Positions 1-8,505 of a stretch of DNA of 64,000 nt are shown piece by piece. The notes under the pieces are model-generated. The model saw only the letters and a list, made by a program, of their open reading frames with translations, searched no databases and had not been told where the DNA came from. A program made the translations under genes and the position numbers. Source of the stretch: Escherichia phage HY01; the sequence record NC_027349.1, one strand, 5' to 3'. Within the stretch, counting starts at the first letter, position 1; the number at the start of each line of letters is the position of its first letter.

Positions 1-1150
1 GTGCTATTTCATCAGCATGGTCAATAAACTCGGATGATGCTTTTTCTATAGCCGCTTTAACTTTTTTAGCTTTATCTACCGTCGTGATTAGAGATTGCTT
101 TTTATTGCGAATATCATTTGCCAACGTCTGCTGGGTTTTAATATTATCTCGGTATTCATCAACAAGAACTTTTAAATTATCACGGTGTGTTGAAAGCTGT
201 TCAAACGAATGCGTGCATTCAGAAACTTTATCTTTAATTTTAGAAACAACTTTATCACCGGAACTTAACTGTGACAAACAAGTTGGGCATAATCCACCTT
301 CGTGATACATATTAATGACTTTATTATACGAGTCAATTTTTGATTTAATTAAAAATGCTTCTTGACCGATTTTATTAAATGCATCAGTCGGGTCTTCATC
401 CAAAACAATATTAACTAATCTTTCATTAGCTTCTTCTATTTCCGATTTTAGCGTTCTAGCTTCCTTTGCCAAATCGTCATACATATTCTGCAGACGAGTA
501 AGGTTGTCACCAGACAATTTTTTCTGGCGTTCAACATTATCGTTATATATTTTAATTTGTTGGATAATACTATCTTTTTTAACATCAAGCACTTGGTTTT
601 GTGAATTTAATTCACGTATTAGTGCTTTATTAAGCTTATCCATTTCAGCTAATGTTCCTACCTCGAGCAGGTCTTCGACGAGTTTTCTTCTTGCAGGAGT
701 GGATAGGCCCATAAAAGGGGTATATCCAGCCGTGCCGAGTACGACGATCTGTTTGAAACTGGCGTATGACATTCCGATAAGCTGTTCAAATTCTGCTTGG
801 AAATCTTTACTGCTGGCAGATTCATTAAGACGTGTACCGTTAACGGTGATTTCGAAAACATTTGGTTTTTGTCCTCTTTTGATATAGTACTTTTTCTCAT
901 CATATTCCATCCACAGTTCAACTAAAAGCTCTTTCTTATTTGTACTGTTTATTAATTGACCTTTCTTTACATCACGAAATGGCTTGCCAAAAAGCCCAAA
1001 TGTGATGGCTTCTAACATAGTAGACTTACCACCGCCATTTCGTCCAGTAATAAGAGTTTTTTGAACCTTATCTAATTGAATGTCAATAGGATTTCCACCT
1101 ACTGACATTATATTTTGATACCTAACTCGGTTTAGTTTAAAATTCTTCAC
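1..1150 (-). CDS. 46: Recombination endonuclease subunit gp46 (Rad50/SbcC-like ATPase), N-terminal part; gene continues beyond window start
   Basis: Manual minus-strand translation from apparent GTG at 1150-1148 (AAGGA 7 nt upstream): KNFKLNRVRYQNIMSVGGNPIDIQLDKVQKTLITGRNGGGKST (Walker A). Directly downstream of gene 47. Absent from ORF track because no in-window stop. Confidence 0.85.
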   Translation of the reverse strand, partial: MKNFKLNRVRYQNIMSVGGNPIDIQLDKVQKTLITGRNGGGKSTMLEAITFGLFGKPFRDVKKGQLINSTNKKELLVELWMEYDEKKYYIKRGQKPNVFEITVNGTRLNESASSKDFQAEFEQLIGMSYASFKQIVVLGTAGYTPFMGLSTPARRKLVEDLLEVGTLAEMDKLNKALIRELNSQNQVLDVKKDSIIQQIKIYNDNVERQKKLSGDNLTRLQNMYDDLAKEARTLKSEIEEANERLVNIVLDEDPTDAFNKIGQEAFLIKSKIDSYNKVINMYHEGGLCPTCLSQLSSGDKVVSKIKDKVSECTHSFEQLSTHRDNLKVLVDEYRDNIKTQQTLANDIRNKKQSLITTVDKAKKVKAAIEKASSEFIDHADEIA

Positions 1151-1410
1151 AAAAGATTCCTTTTAATGTATCTTTTAGACCATTCTATCATATCATCATA
1201 ATCTAAAAAGTATTCATCAAATTCAGCCATACAAACCACACCTTGTGCTGCTTTTGATGTGATATAAATTATTCCAACATGTCTAGAATCTTCTTCGGTG
1301 TAATCAATATTTGCTATGAATTCATCATTAATGTCAAATGTCGAAAACTTCACAGTATGCATCCTTAATACAAGATACAGCCATATCTTGTAATGATTTA
1401 GGTGTGTCAT
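1147..1410 (-). CDS. Hypothetical small protein (87 aa); overlaps next ORF by 77 nt in another frame, start uncertain
   Basis: ORF track; stop overlaps gene 46 start (GTGA). Between genes 47 and 46. Confidence 0.4.
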   Translation of the reverse strand: MTHLNHYKIWLYLVLRMHTVKFSTFDINDEFIANIDYTEEDSRHVGIIYITSKAAQGVVCMAEFDEYFLDYDDMIEWSKRYIKRNLL

Positions 1411-1597
1411 TATCTAAAATGTTGAAGTTAAAAGATACAGCCCAGTCAGTGCAGACTGTAACCTTTTTAATACAATTATCTTCAACCTCTAGTGGTTCAA
1501 ACCAGTATTCAATAATTTCTTTATGACCAATATCATCTTTTACTTCACATTCAAAATGCTGACTCATCATAACATTTTTAAATTCATCAAAAGTCAT
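1334..1597 (-). CDS. Hypothetical small protein (87 aa)
   Basis: ORF track; ATG overlaps gene 47 stop (ATGA), suggesting translational coupling. Confidence 0.55.
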   Translation of the reverse strand: MTFDEFKNVMMSQHFECEVKDDIGHKEIIEYWFEPLEVEDNCIKKVTVCTDWAVSFNFNILDNDTPKSLQDMAVSCIKDAYCEVFDI

Positions 1598-2613
1598 TGT
1601 GTTGCCTCTACATATAACTGATTTGCATATTGAATAAGTGCTTCACGGTCAGAATCAGTGATGTCTGGAATTGCATTAATGTATTCTTCCATCAACGTCT
1701 GAAGAGATTGAACTTCAACTTCTTCGCTATCATCTGACTCGACAGAGTTATCAATCTTTGACACAACTCGTAATGAATGCACAACTTTTTCTAGTTCAGA
1801 TTCGAACTTCGTTAGATTTTTGTCTACCTCAGTTACTATAACACGTACTGACAGATTTGTAAAATCTTTATAGTCAATTTTTCCCTTAAATGGATATTGA
1901 ATTCGACGATGCCAGGTAGTGTTGTTTGGAATAAATTCCATTCGTTCTGTTTCTGTATCAAACATCCAGAACCCGCGAGGGTCATTCTCGTCACCTGCAG
2001 TTAGTGTCCATGGTGTCCCAATATATTTGACGTTAGCAGCCTCAGAGATAGTATGGAAGTGACCAGACCACACTTCTTTATAAGTCTTAAGGAAATCAGG
2101 TTCAAGACCGTGAGATTTCATTCCTTTATAAAAATAAAATCCATTCAGTTCCCAGTGACCAACACAAAAGGAAGCAGATGAAGTTTTAATATGTTCAAGA
2201 ATTTCACCGGTATTTTCTTCACACATCCAAGGAATTAAATCAATCAAACATCCGTCAAAATCTACTGTAGTAGGCTTATCATATACTTTAACATTAGGAT
2301 ATTTAGCCAAAAGCTCAGTAGAAGCATTTGGAGTTAAAGTATTTTTAAAGTGCATATCATGGTTTCCTACAATAGTATGTAGGGTAATACCAGCATCATC
2401 AAGCATTTGAACTATTTCACGGGCAAACTCCATAGTTTTATGCGTAATTGCTTTTCGCACATCAAAAATATCACCATATTGAATCCATGTAGTAATTCCG
2501 TTTTTCTTAGAATATTCTATCGCTTGCTTAATTCCATCCAACTGAATGGATTGAATCCACTCATCATCAGCTTTAACGCCTAAATGCCAATCACCTAAAT
2601 TTAAAATTTTCAT
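1594..2613 (-). CDS. 47: Recombination endonuclease subunit gp47 (Mre11/SbcD-like metallophosphatase)
   Basis: 339 aa; N-terminal LNLGDWHLG and GNHD phosphoesterase motifs; same length as T4 gp47; position between a-gt and 46. Confidence 0.93.
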   Translation of the reverse strand: MKILNLGDWHLGVKADDEWIQSIQLDGIKQAIEYSKKNGITTWIQYGDIFDVRKAITHKTMEFAREIVQMLDDAGITLHTIVGNHDMHFKNTLTPNASTELLAKYPNVKVYDKPTTVDFDGCLIDLIPWMCEENTGEILEHIKTSSASFCVGHWELNGFYFYKGMKSHGLEPDFLKTYKEVWSGHFHTISEAANVKYIGTPWTLTAGDENDPRGFWMFDTETERMEFIPNNTTWHRRIQYPFKGKIDYKDFTNLSVRVIVTEVDKNLTKFESELEKVVHSLRVVSKIDNSVESDDSEEVEVQSLQTLMEEYINAIPDITDSDREALIQYANQLYVEATQ

Positions 2614-2773
2614 ATATCAAGAACCGTCATTGAAATGCAAAATAAAATTATTGAAATAAATCCATCTGGAGTACTAAAGAACCCAATCCAACACGCTCTG
2701 GTGAACAAATAAAACGCTAGAAAAAGTATCACATATCCAAGAAATATCATTATATCAAACTCCGTATAAAGCT

Positions 2774-2791
2774 AAAGGGCCGAAGCCCTTT
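2774..2791 (-). terminator. GC-rich tetraloop hairpin (AAGGGC-CGAA-GCCCTT) at 3' end of a-gt
   Basis: Perfect inverted repeat with T-rich flank; member of a hairpin family recurring at gene boundaries in this window. Confidence 0.5.
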
Positions 2792-3992
2792 ATTTTGTAA
2801 TAATGTCAAACTGCTCTTTAAAGCAGAAGCTTGAATCTTGGTGCTGATACAAAAATTCATAAGCTTTTTCACGTTCACGGTCATAAAGAGCTCGGTCAGA
2901 TGACAGTTCTTTAATACGTTCAAATGTTGATTCCATGTCATTTTCATCAAACCAAACGATACCGCTATCATGTGAAATTAATGGAGTATTATCAACACGA
3001 AATTTTAAATTTTCGCCAGTAGATTTCCAAAATACTGGAATTGTTCCGCATGCACCAAGCTCGAGATGAGTGTATTCTAAAGAACGTTGTAGATATTTTT
3101 TATCTAATTTACTCAGCTGATAACCAAATCCGGATTTACTCATGCGTTCAAGCATTTCGCTATTTACATAACGATCGAGAATTTGCGTTGGCAAATTAGG
3201 AGCAATTTTAATTTGGTCTACTTGATGAAGACGATAATACTCGTATGGAATTCCTTTTTCTTTAATAGGAATGAATGCTGGAGAACGTTCCAGACCTTCC
3301 ATAATAGTACTTAGTCCTGCAGGTTTAAGATGTTTTTCGTGAAAATCAAACATCTGATAAAAGCCTTTCCATGTAGTAGTACGACCAATCCAACGGTTGA
3401 TATTCATGTTAATTTCAGAAACATCTTTCCAGTAAGTTGATCGAACCTTCGCAATATCCATAGGAGGCTGAAAGTTATATACAGTCGGTGCTTCTTCAAT
3501 ATCATCAAACAAAGAAACAGTTTCCGGATACCATTCTTTCATTAAAACTTTATTAAAATCACCATTATCAGAATGACTAAAAATAACATCAGCTCGACGA
3601 ACAGTTTCTTCTAATCCCAAATTTCGGCGCAAAGAAAGAGAAGAATGGTCATGTTGATAAACTACAACACGAACTGAAGGTTTAATGTTATCAATAATTT
3701 TTTTATAGTTATTAATAGTGTCTTCTTCGACTGAAGTAGCAGGAACTGAATTGATAATTAGAATATCACAATCATTTACCAGCTTAAGTGTTTTATCGTA
3801 TTCTTTTGCCAATAAAACCGGAATTGAAAATGATTTATAATCATGCGCGCAATTACGGGTAAATGATTTATCTTTAGCATAAACCAAAGTTACTTCATGA
3901 CCATTTTTAATAAACCAATCACGTTGCTCAAGAGAAAATTTAGTTACACCGCAACCTTCAAGACCTCGAGCCATAAAAATGCATACTTTCAT
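2790..3992 (-). CDS. a-gt: DNA alpha-glucosyltransferase (glucosylation of hydroxymethylcytosine DNA)
   Basis: 400 aa; N-terminus M(K/R)(V/I)CIFMARGLEGCGVTKFSLEQRDWFIKNGHEVTLVYAKDKSF and C-terminus match T4 AGT as I recall it; same length. Confidence 0.93.
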   Translation of the reverse strand: MKVCIFMARGLEGCGVTKFSLEQRDWFIKNGHEVTLVYAKDKSFTRNCAHDYKSFSIPVLLAKEYDKTLKLVNDCDILIINSVPATSVEEDTINNYKKIIDNIKPSVRVVVYQHDHSSLSLRRNLGLEETVRRADVIFSHSDNGDFNKVLMKEWYPETVSLFDDIEEAPTVYNFQPPMDIAKVRSTYWKDVSEINMNINRWIGRTTTWKGFYQMFDFHEKHLKPAGLSTIMEGLERSPAFIPIKEKGIPYEYYRLHQVDQIKIAPNLPTQILDRYVNSEMLERMSKSGFGYQLSKLDKKYLQRSLEYTHLELGACGTIPVFWKSTGENLKFRVDNTPLISHDSGIVWFDENDMESTFERIKELSSDRALYDREREKAYEFLYQHQDSSFCFKEQFDIITK

Positions 3993-4045
3993 TTAATATC
4001 CTCATTGTTTTGGTTTATTTTACCAAAAATTTATAAAGCAATATA

Positions 4046-4061
4046 GGAGCCGAAGCTCCTA
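4046..4061 (-). terminator. Tetraloop hairpin AGGAGC-CGAA-GCTCCT
   Basis: Perfect inverted repeat overlapping the stop of the small ORF 4059-4232. Confidence 0.45.
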
Positions 4062-4232
4062 TCCGCACAATACGCCATACAAAGGCTCGTTAGAGCTTCT
4101 AAATTTTATACGCTTATGTGTTATAGTTCCTTCTGCTTTAGCTTTATCATGGGACTCTTTAAAGCGTCTCATCATTTCTACTTTAGAGGAACGAATTTTA
4201 TTATAATCTATTTCAGAAGTCTGGGTGTTCAT
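4059..4232 (-). CDS. Small hypothetical protein (57 aa), below ORF-track length cutoff
   Basis: Manual translation MNTQTSEIDYNKIRSSKVEMMRRFKESHDKAKAEGTITHKRIKFRSSNEPLYGVLCG; fills an otherwise empty gap. Confidence 0.3.
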   Translation of the reverse strand: MNTQTSEIDYNKIRSSKVEMMRRFKESHDKAKAEGTITHKRIKFRSSNEPLYGVLCG

Positions 4233-4235
4233 CTT

Positions 4236-4442
4236 TCACAGTTGCCACCATTTTTTGACTTGATAGGAATCAACCCACACTTTCATATTAGGGTCTGCTC
4301 TTACAATAGGAGGATTAACTTCTTTAATTGAACTATCATGGTATTCTTTTTCAGAAATTTTCACACAAAGATGACCGTTCAAAGATTCAGTAAATCCTGC
4401 ATTAATTTTAAGACGCTTGAATTTTACGTGTGTAAGCATCAA
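4236..4442 (-). CDS. Hypothetical protein (68 aa)
   Basis: ORF track; co-oriented, tightly packed downstream of gene 55. Confidence 0.5.
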   Translation of the reverse strand: MMLTHVKFKRLKINAGFTESLNGHLCVKISEKEYHDSSIKEVNPPIVRADPNMKVWVDSYQVKKWWQL

Positions 4443-4725
4443 TCATATCCTCAATCTGTGATCTAGTAGTCTTCCAAAGAATACTAATGAGTTCATCGTT
4501 ATATGGCTGTTTTAGAATATCCCGACTTTTCTTGATAGCATATTCGTATTGAGCAAAATTATTGTTTTCAGCTGCAATCTGAGCGTGTTTATAAAGACGG
4601 TTCAGTTCGCGTTTATTTTTAGACAATAACTTATTTGCTTTTCTTTCTGCTTCAAGACGGTTCTTTTCTTCAATAGAAGAAATAAGCTTTTCCACTTCAT
4701 CATTAATTTCGGGTTTATCAGTCAT
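4408..4725 (-). CDS. Hypothetical protein (105 aa), charged/helical
   Basis: ORF track; co-oriented. Confidence 0.55.
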   Translation of the reverse strand: MTDKPEINDEVEKLISSIEEKNRLEAERKANKLLSKNKRELNRLYKHAQIAAENNNFAQYEYAIKKSRDILKQPYNDELISILWKTTRSQIEDMIDAYTRKIQAS

Positions 4726-4726
4726 A

Positions 4727-4945
4727 TTATTTCTCTAATATAAAATAAAAATCATCATCTGTTAAATGATACCGATAGTTTAATTCTACACCATTAGATT
4801 TAAAAGCGGTATCATACGGATTTTCTGGATCAATATCAATGTCAAGAGCTAAAACTTCCCTGAGATACATTTTAAGTAAATAGGGAATAGCTTCAACTTC
4901 AGGTATTTCTTCCAAGAATCCGGAGAGGTTAATCGTTAGCCTCAT
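4727..4945 (-). CDS. Hypothetical protein (72 aa)
   Basis: ORF track; immediately downstream of gene 55. Confidence 0.5.
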
Positions 4946-5486
4946 ATAAAAAATCCAAACTAGGAGAATCGTCTACAACACTTTTCTTTTCAGCCCCCGG
5001 TGTTCTATAGGTTGATTCTTCGTAATGCGTCATTTTATCGTAGATGTCTTGAATAAAAGTTTCATCTACTAACGCAACCATATCGTCGTCACGACTGTCA
5101 TAGACATTGTGAACGAAGTAACTATATTTCTTTGCAACTTCCTTACGTTCTTTTTTAATACGTTGGACGAATGCATTAAAACAAGCTTGAGTTATATATG
5201 CATGTGGGTTTTTATATTTCGTTTCATCAAAATTATGAAGTCCCTTAATAGAAGCTTCTATACCATCTGCAATCATTTCTTGTTTCCAAGACTGGGTGTA
5301 TCCTGAAAAGTTGAAACGTTTAGATAAGCCTTCTGCAATAAGCATAATGGCTAATCCGATAGTATCATTCTGACGAACTACTTTATTTGGGTCTTTATTA
5401 TTTGCTAATTCTGTTTTCCAATCAATAATAGCTTGTAAAAGCTCTTTATTGTTTACGTAATTATATTTAGGCTTAGTTTCTGACAT
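4929..5486 (-). CDS. 55: Late-transcription sigma factor gp55
   Basis: Track ORF is 187 aa; start at second Met ([21 protein letters not shown]) gives 185 aa as in T4 gp55. Confidence 0.9.
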
Positions 5487-5566
5487 TTTCACCTCTTAGC
5501 TCAATTCATAGATCTATTATATCATAATATTTGAAGATCTATCTTAAAGCATAGAGGATGAATCAG

Positions 5567-5836
5567 CTATCTAAGTAAACAGTATGCTTGGAATACTTTC
5601 TCCATCATCTTTTTAAATTCATGAATATCTATATAATGACTAGTTAAATCAGCATGATATAAAAAGTCTAAAAACTTTTCATGTGTGCTAACATATTCGC
5701 TTTCATTTAATTCAGAAACATGGCTTTCCCAATATCCAACACCAGTCTTATTTGGGAAAAATGAAATTTTCATGTATTGGTCAACATAGAAAATGCCATA
5801 ATTTTCAATAGTAATAGAAATATTAATAAATTTCAT
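5567..5836 (-). CDS. Hypothetical protein (89 aa)
   Basis: ORF track; ATG overlaps stop of upstream ORF. Confidence 0.5.
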   Translation of the reverse strand: MKFINISITIENYGIFYVDQYMKISFFPNKTGVGYWESHVSELNESEYVSTHEKFLDFLYHADLTSHYIDIHEFKKMMEKVFQAYCLLR

Positions 5837-6048
5837 ACATTCATCAACTTAGCCGCTTCAAGAGCTGCATCTAGTGAATCAAATTGATCGACATATTCAA
5901 TCAGTTTGCCGTAATTAGCATATAACCACCATTGGCTAAATTCATACTCAAGGATAAATCCATTTCCTTCAATTTGAGTTAAACCACTGCCGTTTGTATT
6001 TACTTCATATCCGGCAAGACGTAAATCGTTAATAAGAGCTTCGTTCAT
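5833..6048 (-). CDS. Hypothetical protein (71 aa)
   Basis: ORF track; 2-nt gap to upstream ORF. Confidence 0.5.
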   Translation of the reverse strand: MNEALINDLRLAGYEVNTNGSGLTQIEGNGFILEYEFSQWWLYANYGKLIEYVDQFDSLDAALEAAKLMNV

Positions 6049-6050
6049 AA

Positions 6051-6377
6051 TTATGCCTTAGTAATTTTCAGGTCAGCAAATTTTTTCTTGCGTTGATTTT
6101 TCATACGACGAATAGTTTTATCGGAAATTTCATGTTTTTGATAAGCTTTAGATTCTACGCCAAAAGCTTTAACATCAAATTCTGACAAGATATATTGAAC
6201 TAACAATTCACGGACAGTATTGCGTCCAATTTTCTGATCATTCTGTTTCATCGTCTGATGAAGCTCTTTTTCCCATTTATCCAAAATTTGAGGAGTTACA
6301 ATATCGCCTTTTTCTAGCAGAGAAACTACTTTGTCATATGCGTAAGAATTGATGGCGTTTTTAATTTGAATAGTCAT
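6051..6377 (-). CDS. Hypothetical protein (108 aa), basic C-terminus
   Basis: ORF track. Confidence 0.55.
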   Translation of the reverse strand: MTIQIKNAINSYAYDKVVSLLEKGDIVTPQILDKWEKELHQTMKQNDQKIGRNTVRELLVQYILSEFDVKAFGVESKAYQKHEISDKTIRRMKNQRKKKFADLKITKA

Positions 6378-6415
6378 ACATTATCCTCAATTACGTTAAA
6401 ATTTTATTATCCAAA

Positions 6416-6431
6416 AAGGGCCGAAGCCCTT
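6416..6431 (-). terminator. Tetraloop hairpin AAGGGC-CGAA-GCCCTT
   Basis: Same 16-mer as at 2774-2791; lies between ORFs 6430-6630 and 6051-6377. Confidence 0.45.
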
Positions 6432-6630
6432 AGCTAAACTGTTTGGCGCCCTTCCAGCCTTCATACATCATTGCGGCTGATATTAATATTGCTCCTGCGC
6501 ATTTTGAATATTTGTGATTCCAAAACCAGTTCAGAAAAACTTCGTCATCAATACCTTGGGCTATCATATTTTCAAAGAACTGACGACGAGCTTCGGCAAT
6601 TCGTTGCGATAATTTAGATTCAGGATTCAT
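6430..6630 (-). CDS. Hypothetical protein (66 aa)
   Basis: ORF track. Confidence 0.45.
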   Translation of the reverse strand: MNPESKLSQRIAEARRQFFENMIAQGIDDEVFLNWFWNHKYSKCAGAILISAAMMYEGWKGAKQFS

Positions 6631-6846
6631 TTAAATTTTCCAGTTACCATTTTCATTAATGAATTTAATCCAGTCATTTACTGACCACTTGGTCGTATCG
6701 CCTTTTGGAGCAACATTTAAAGTGTATAATCCTTGTTTAAAAAGCATTCGTTTGATATTCATATTTTCCTCAGCTATAACGATAGCACTCGTTTGATTTA
6801 CGCTTAGCAACTCGTTGAGAAGTATTGTAATCAAAATCATCGTCAA
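6631..6846 (-). CDS. Hypothetical protein (71 aa); true start may be an internal Met near 6762
   Basis: ORF track; overlaps upstream ORF by 77 nt if full length. Confidence 0.4.
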   Translation of the reverse strand: MTMILITILLNELLSVNQTSAIVIAEENMNIKRMLFKQGLYTLNVAPKGDTTKWSVNDWIKFINENGNWKI

Positions 6847-7084
6847 TGTAAACTGATTTTTTCAACTTTCTTACTTCACCACGTAATTGACGATTTAACT
6901 CATCTTTAACTTCTGAATCAATGCCTTTCATTCTACGCCATTTATCAGAGCGAAAAATGTTTTCAACCATATCTTTATGACTTACACCATCAGGAGCTTT
7001 ACGCTTTCCGAAATAGTCATAATCACGAACTTTCAAGTCTTTACGACGATACGTTTTACCCATGGAGTTTAATTTCCTTAGCAA
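6770..7084 (-). CDS. Hypothetical basic protein (104 aa)
   Basis: ORF track; Lys/Arg-rich. Confidence 0.45.
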   Translation of the reverse strand: MLRKLNSMGKTYRRKDLKVRDYDYFGKRKAPDGVSHKDMVENIFRSDKWRRMKGIDSEVKDELNRQLRGEVRKLKKSVYIDDDFDYNTSQRVAKRKSNECYRYS

Positions 7085-7238
7085 CTAAACTAAATACAGC
7101 ACGGTCACAAATCATCTGTTTATGTAACTTGAGTATAAGATAATAAACTTCAAAACCGTTTACATAAGTAACACGAACAACATTACCATTAATAAAATAA
7201 TATTGTCCCTTTTTAATTTCTTTATCAACCACAACCAT
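7056..7238 (-). CDS. Hypothetical protein (60 aa)
   Basis: ORF track; preceded by an early-promoter-like element. Confidence 0.4.
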   Translation of the reverse strand: MVVVDKEIKKGQYYFINGNVVRVTYVNGFEVYYLILKLHKQMICDRAVFSLVAKEIKLHG

Positions 7239-7268
7239 ATCAATTCCTCAAAGGCAATTCATATGTTA

Positions 7269-7298
7269 ATAATACCACAGTTTGAACTTGTTGTAAAC
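7269..7298 (-). promoter_or_regulatory. T4-type early promoter (GTTTAC -35, 18-nt spacer, TATTAT -10) with upstream TTTCACAAAGTT element
   Basis: Minus-strand GTTTAC at 7298-7293 and TATTAT at 7274-7269; same extended motif recurs at least 8 times in the window. Confidence 0.5.
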
Positions 7299-7379
7299 AA
7301 CTTTGTGAAAATTATTTTAGGGAATGATAAGAAGGGAACGATAGCTTAGAATGGTAATATACAGAATGTGAGAAAGAAA

Positions 7380-7393
7380 GGCCCAAAGGGCCC
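7380..7393 (-). terminator. Hairpin GGCCC-AAAG-GGCCC
   Basis: Perfect inverted repeat 3' of nrdH. Confidence 0.4.
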
Positions 7394-7396
7394 GTC

Positions 7397-7705
7397 TTAG
7401 TCTTCTATGATATCTCTATCATATCCAAGTGAAATGAGAGTTTCTTTGAAGTGTTTAATGTTCTTTTGTCTAGAATCATTAATGAAAATGACTGGATAAC
7501 GAATGTTAAGAGATGTGAATCCAGCACGTTTAGCAAGAGATACAATCAGTGGACGATCATACTCAATCTTACCATTATTTGTAAGAACTTTATAGAAAGT
7601 AAAAGGAGCATTGAGCTCCTTTAGAAGTTTTGTAACTGATTGACATCCAGGACAACGACCTACTTCATCTGGAATTCCATAGACTTCAATCTTGTTTTGT
7701 TTCAC
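7397..7705 (-). CDS. nrdH: Glutaredoxin-like protein NrdH
   Basis: 102 aa; CPGC redox motif near N-terminus; thioredoxin-fold size; adjacent to nrdG and nrdD. Confidence 0.75.
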   Translation of the reverse strand: MKQNKIEVYGIPDEVGRCPGCQSVTKLLKELNAPFTFYKVLTNNGKIEYDRPLIVSLAKRAGFTSLNIRYPVIFINDSRQKNIKHFKETLISLGYDRDIIED

Positions 7706-7707
7706 AA

Positions 7708-7944
7708 CTATTCCTTACTAAGAGCAGCATTCAGCTTGTTAGTAATTTTATCCAGACGCTCATTGAACTCGCTAGAAGATAAGCCTTTTTCTGGAGAAAT
7801 TAAGCTAATCACGAAAAATATAGCAATAAAAGGAATAAGAAAAATAGCACCAACTGCCATAAACAAAAAGAACGTTACAGTTGTAAGAAAATCAGCTAAA
7901 CCTTTACGAAATTTATACATATTTACCCTTAATTGATTAACCAA
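7708..7944 (-). CDS. Small membrane protein (78 aa)
   Basis: Hydrophobic helix VTFFLFMAVGAIFLIPFIAIFFVISLI. Confidence 0.5.
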   Translation of the reverse strand: MVNQLRVNMYKFRKGLADFLTTVTFFLFMAVGAIFLIPFIAIFFVISLISPEKGLSSSEFNERLDKITNKLNAALSKE

Positions 7945-8034
7945 GCATTGATAAGTACTAAACTATACTGCGAATAAAATTCTGGACCAAAATGAAAAAT
8001 CATATCATTTATAGTATCAATAATATAATTCAGT

Positions 8035-8505
8035 TTAATCATGTTTCCACACCCCATCGGTATTTGACCAAAGTCGCTGATTATCTGAACCTCGCCACAG
8101 CTTTTTGGTCGGAAGATTTTTCTCATACTTCCCATCAATAATAACATCAACATATTTAAGCATTTCTAGTTGTTTAATATCTTCAAACTTATATCCTGTC
8201 CACAACCAAATGCTTTTATTCGGATAAAGATTTTTTACCGTTTGAACAATGCAATGAACATCATCTCGGTTATCAGGATAAAGAGGGTCTCCTCCAGTTA
8301 TAGTTAATCCTTCTATATAATCATTATTCAAACATTCAATTAATTGTTCTAGTGTTTCACCAGTAAATGGAACGCCATTTCTAGCATTCCATGTTGATTT
8401 ATTATAACACCCTTCACATTTATGCAAACACCCCGTAACGAAAAGAACGACCCTGCATCCAGGGCCATTCACAAAATCACAGGGATAAAATCTATCGTAA
8501 TTCAT
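8035..8505 (-). CDS. nrdG: Anaerobic ribonucleotide reductase activating protein (radical SAM)
   Basis: 156 aa; CxxxCxxC motif (CLHKCEGC); immediately downstream of nrdD with 4-nt overlap. Confidence 0.9.
   Translation of the reverse strand: MNYDRFYPCDFVNGPGCRVVLFVTGCLHKCEGCYNKSTWNARNGVPFTGETLEQLIECLNNDYIEGLTITGGDPLYPDNRDDVHCIVQTVKNLYPNKSIWLWTGYKFEDIKQLEMLKYVDVIIDGKYEKNLPTKKLWRGSDNQRLWSNTDGVWKHD

Noticed and set aside
84-921. Short plus- and minus-strand ORFs inside gene 46 (84-305, 504-887, 658-921)
   Set aside because: Embedded in the gene 46 coding sequence, which runs off the window edge and is therefore missing from the track.
2750-2971. 73-aa minus-strand ORF overlapping the a-gt 3' end
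   Set aside because: Out-of-frame overlap with the last 60 codons of a-gt and running through the terminator hairpin.
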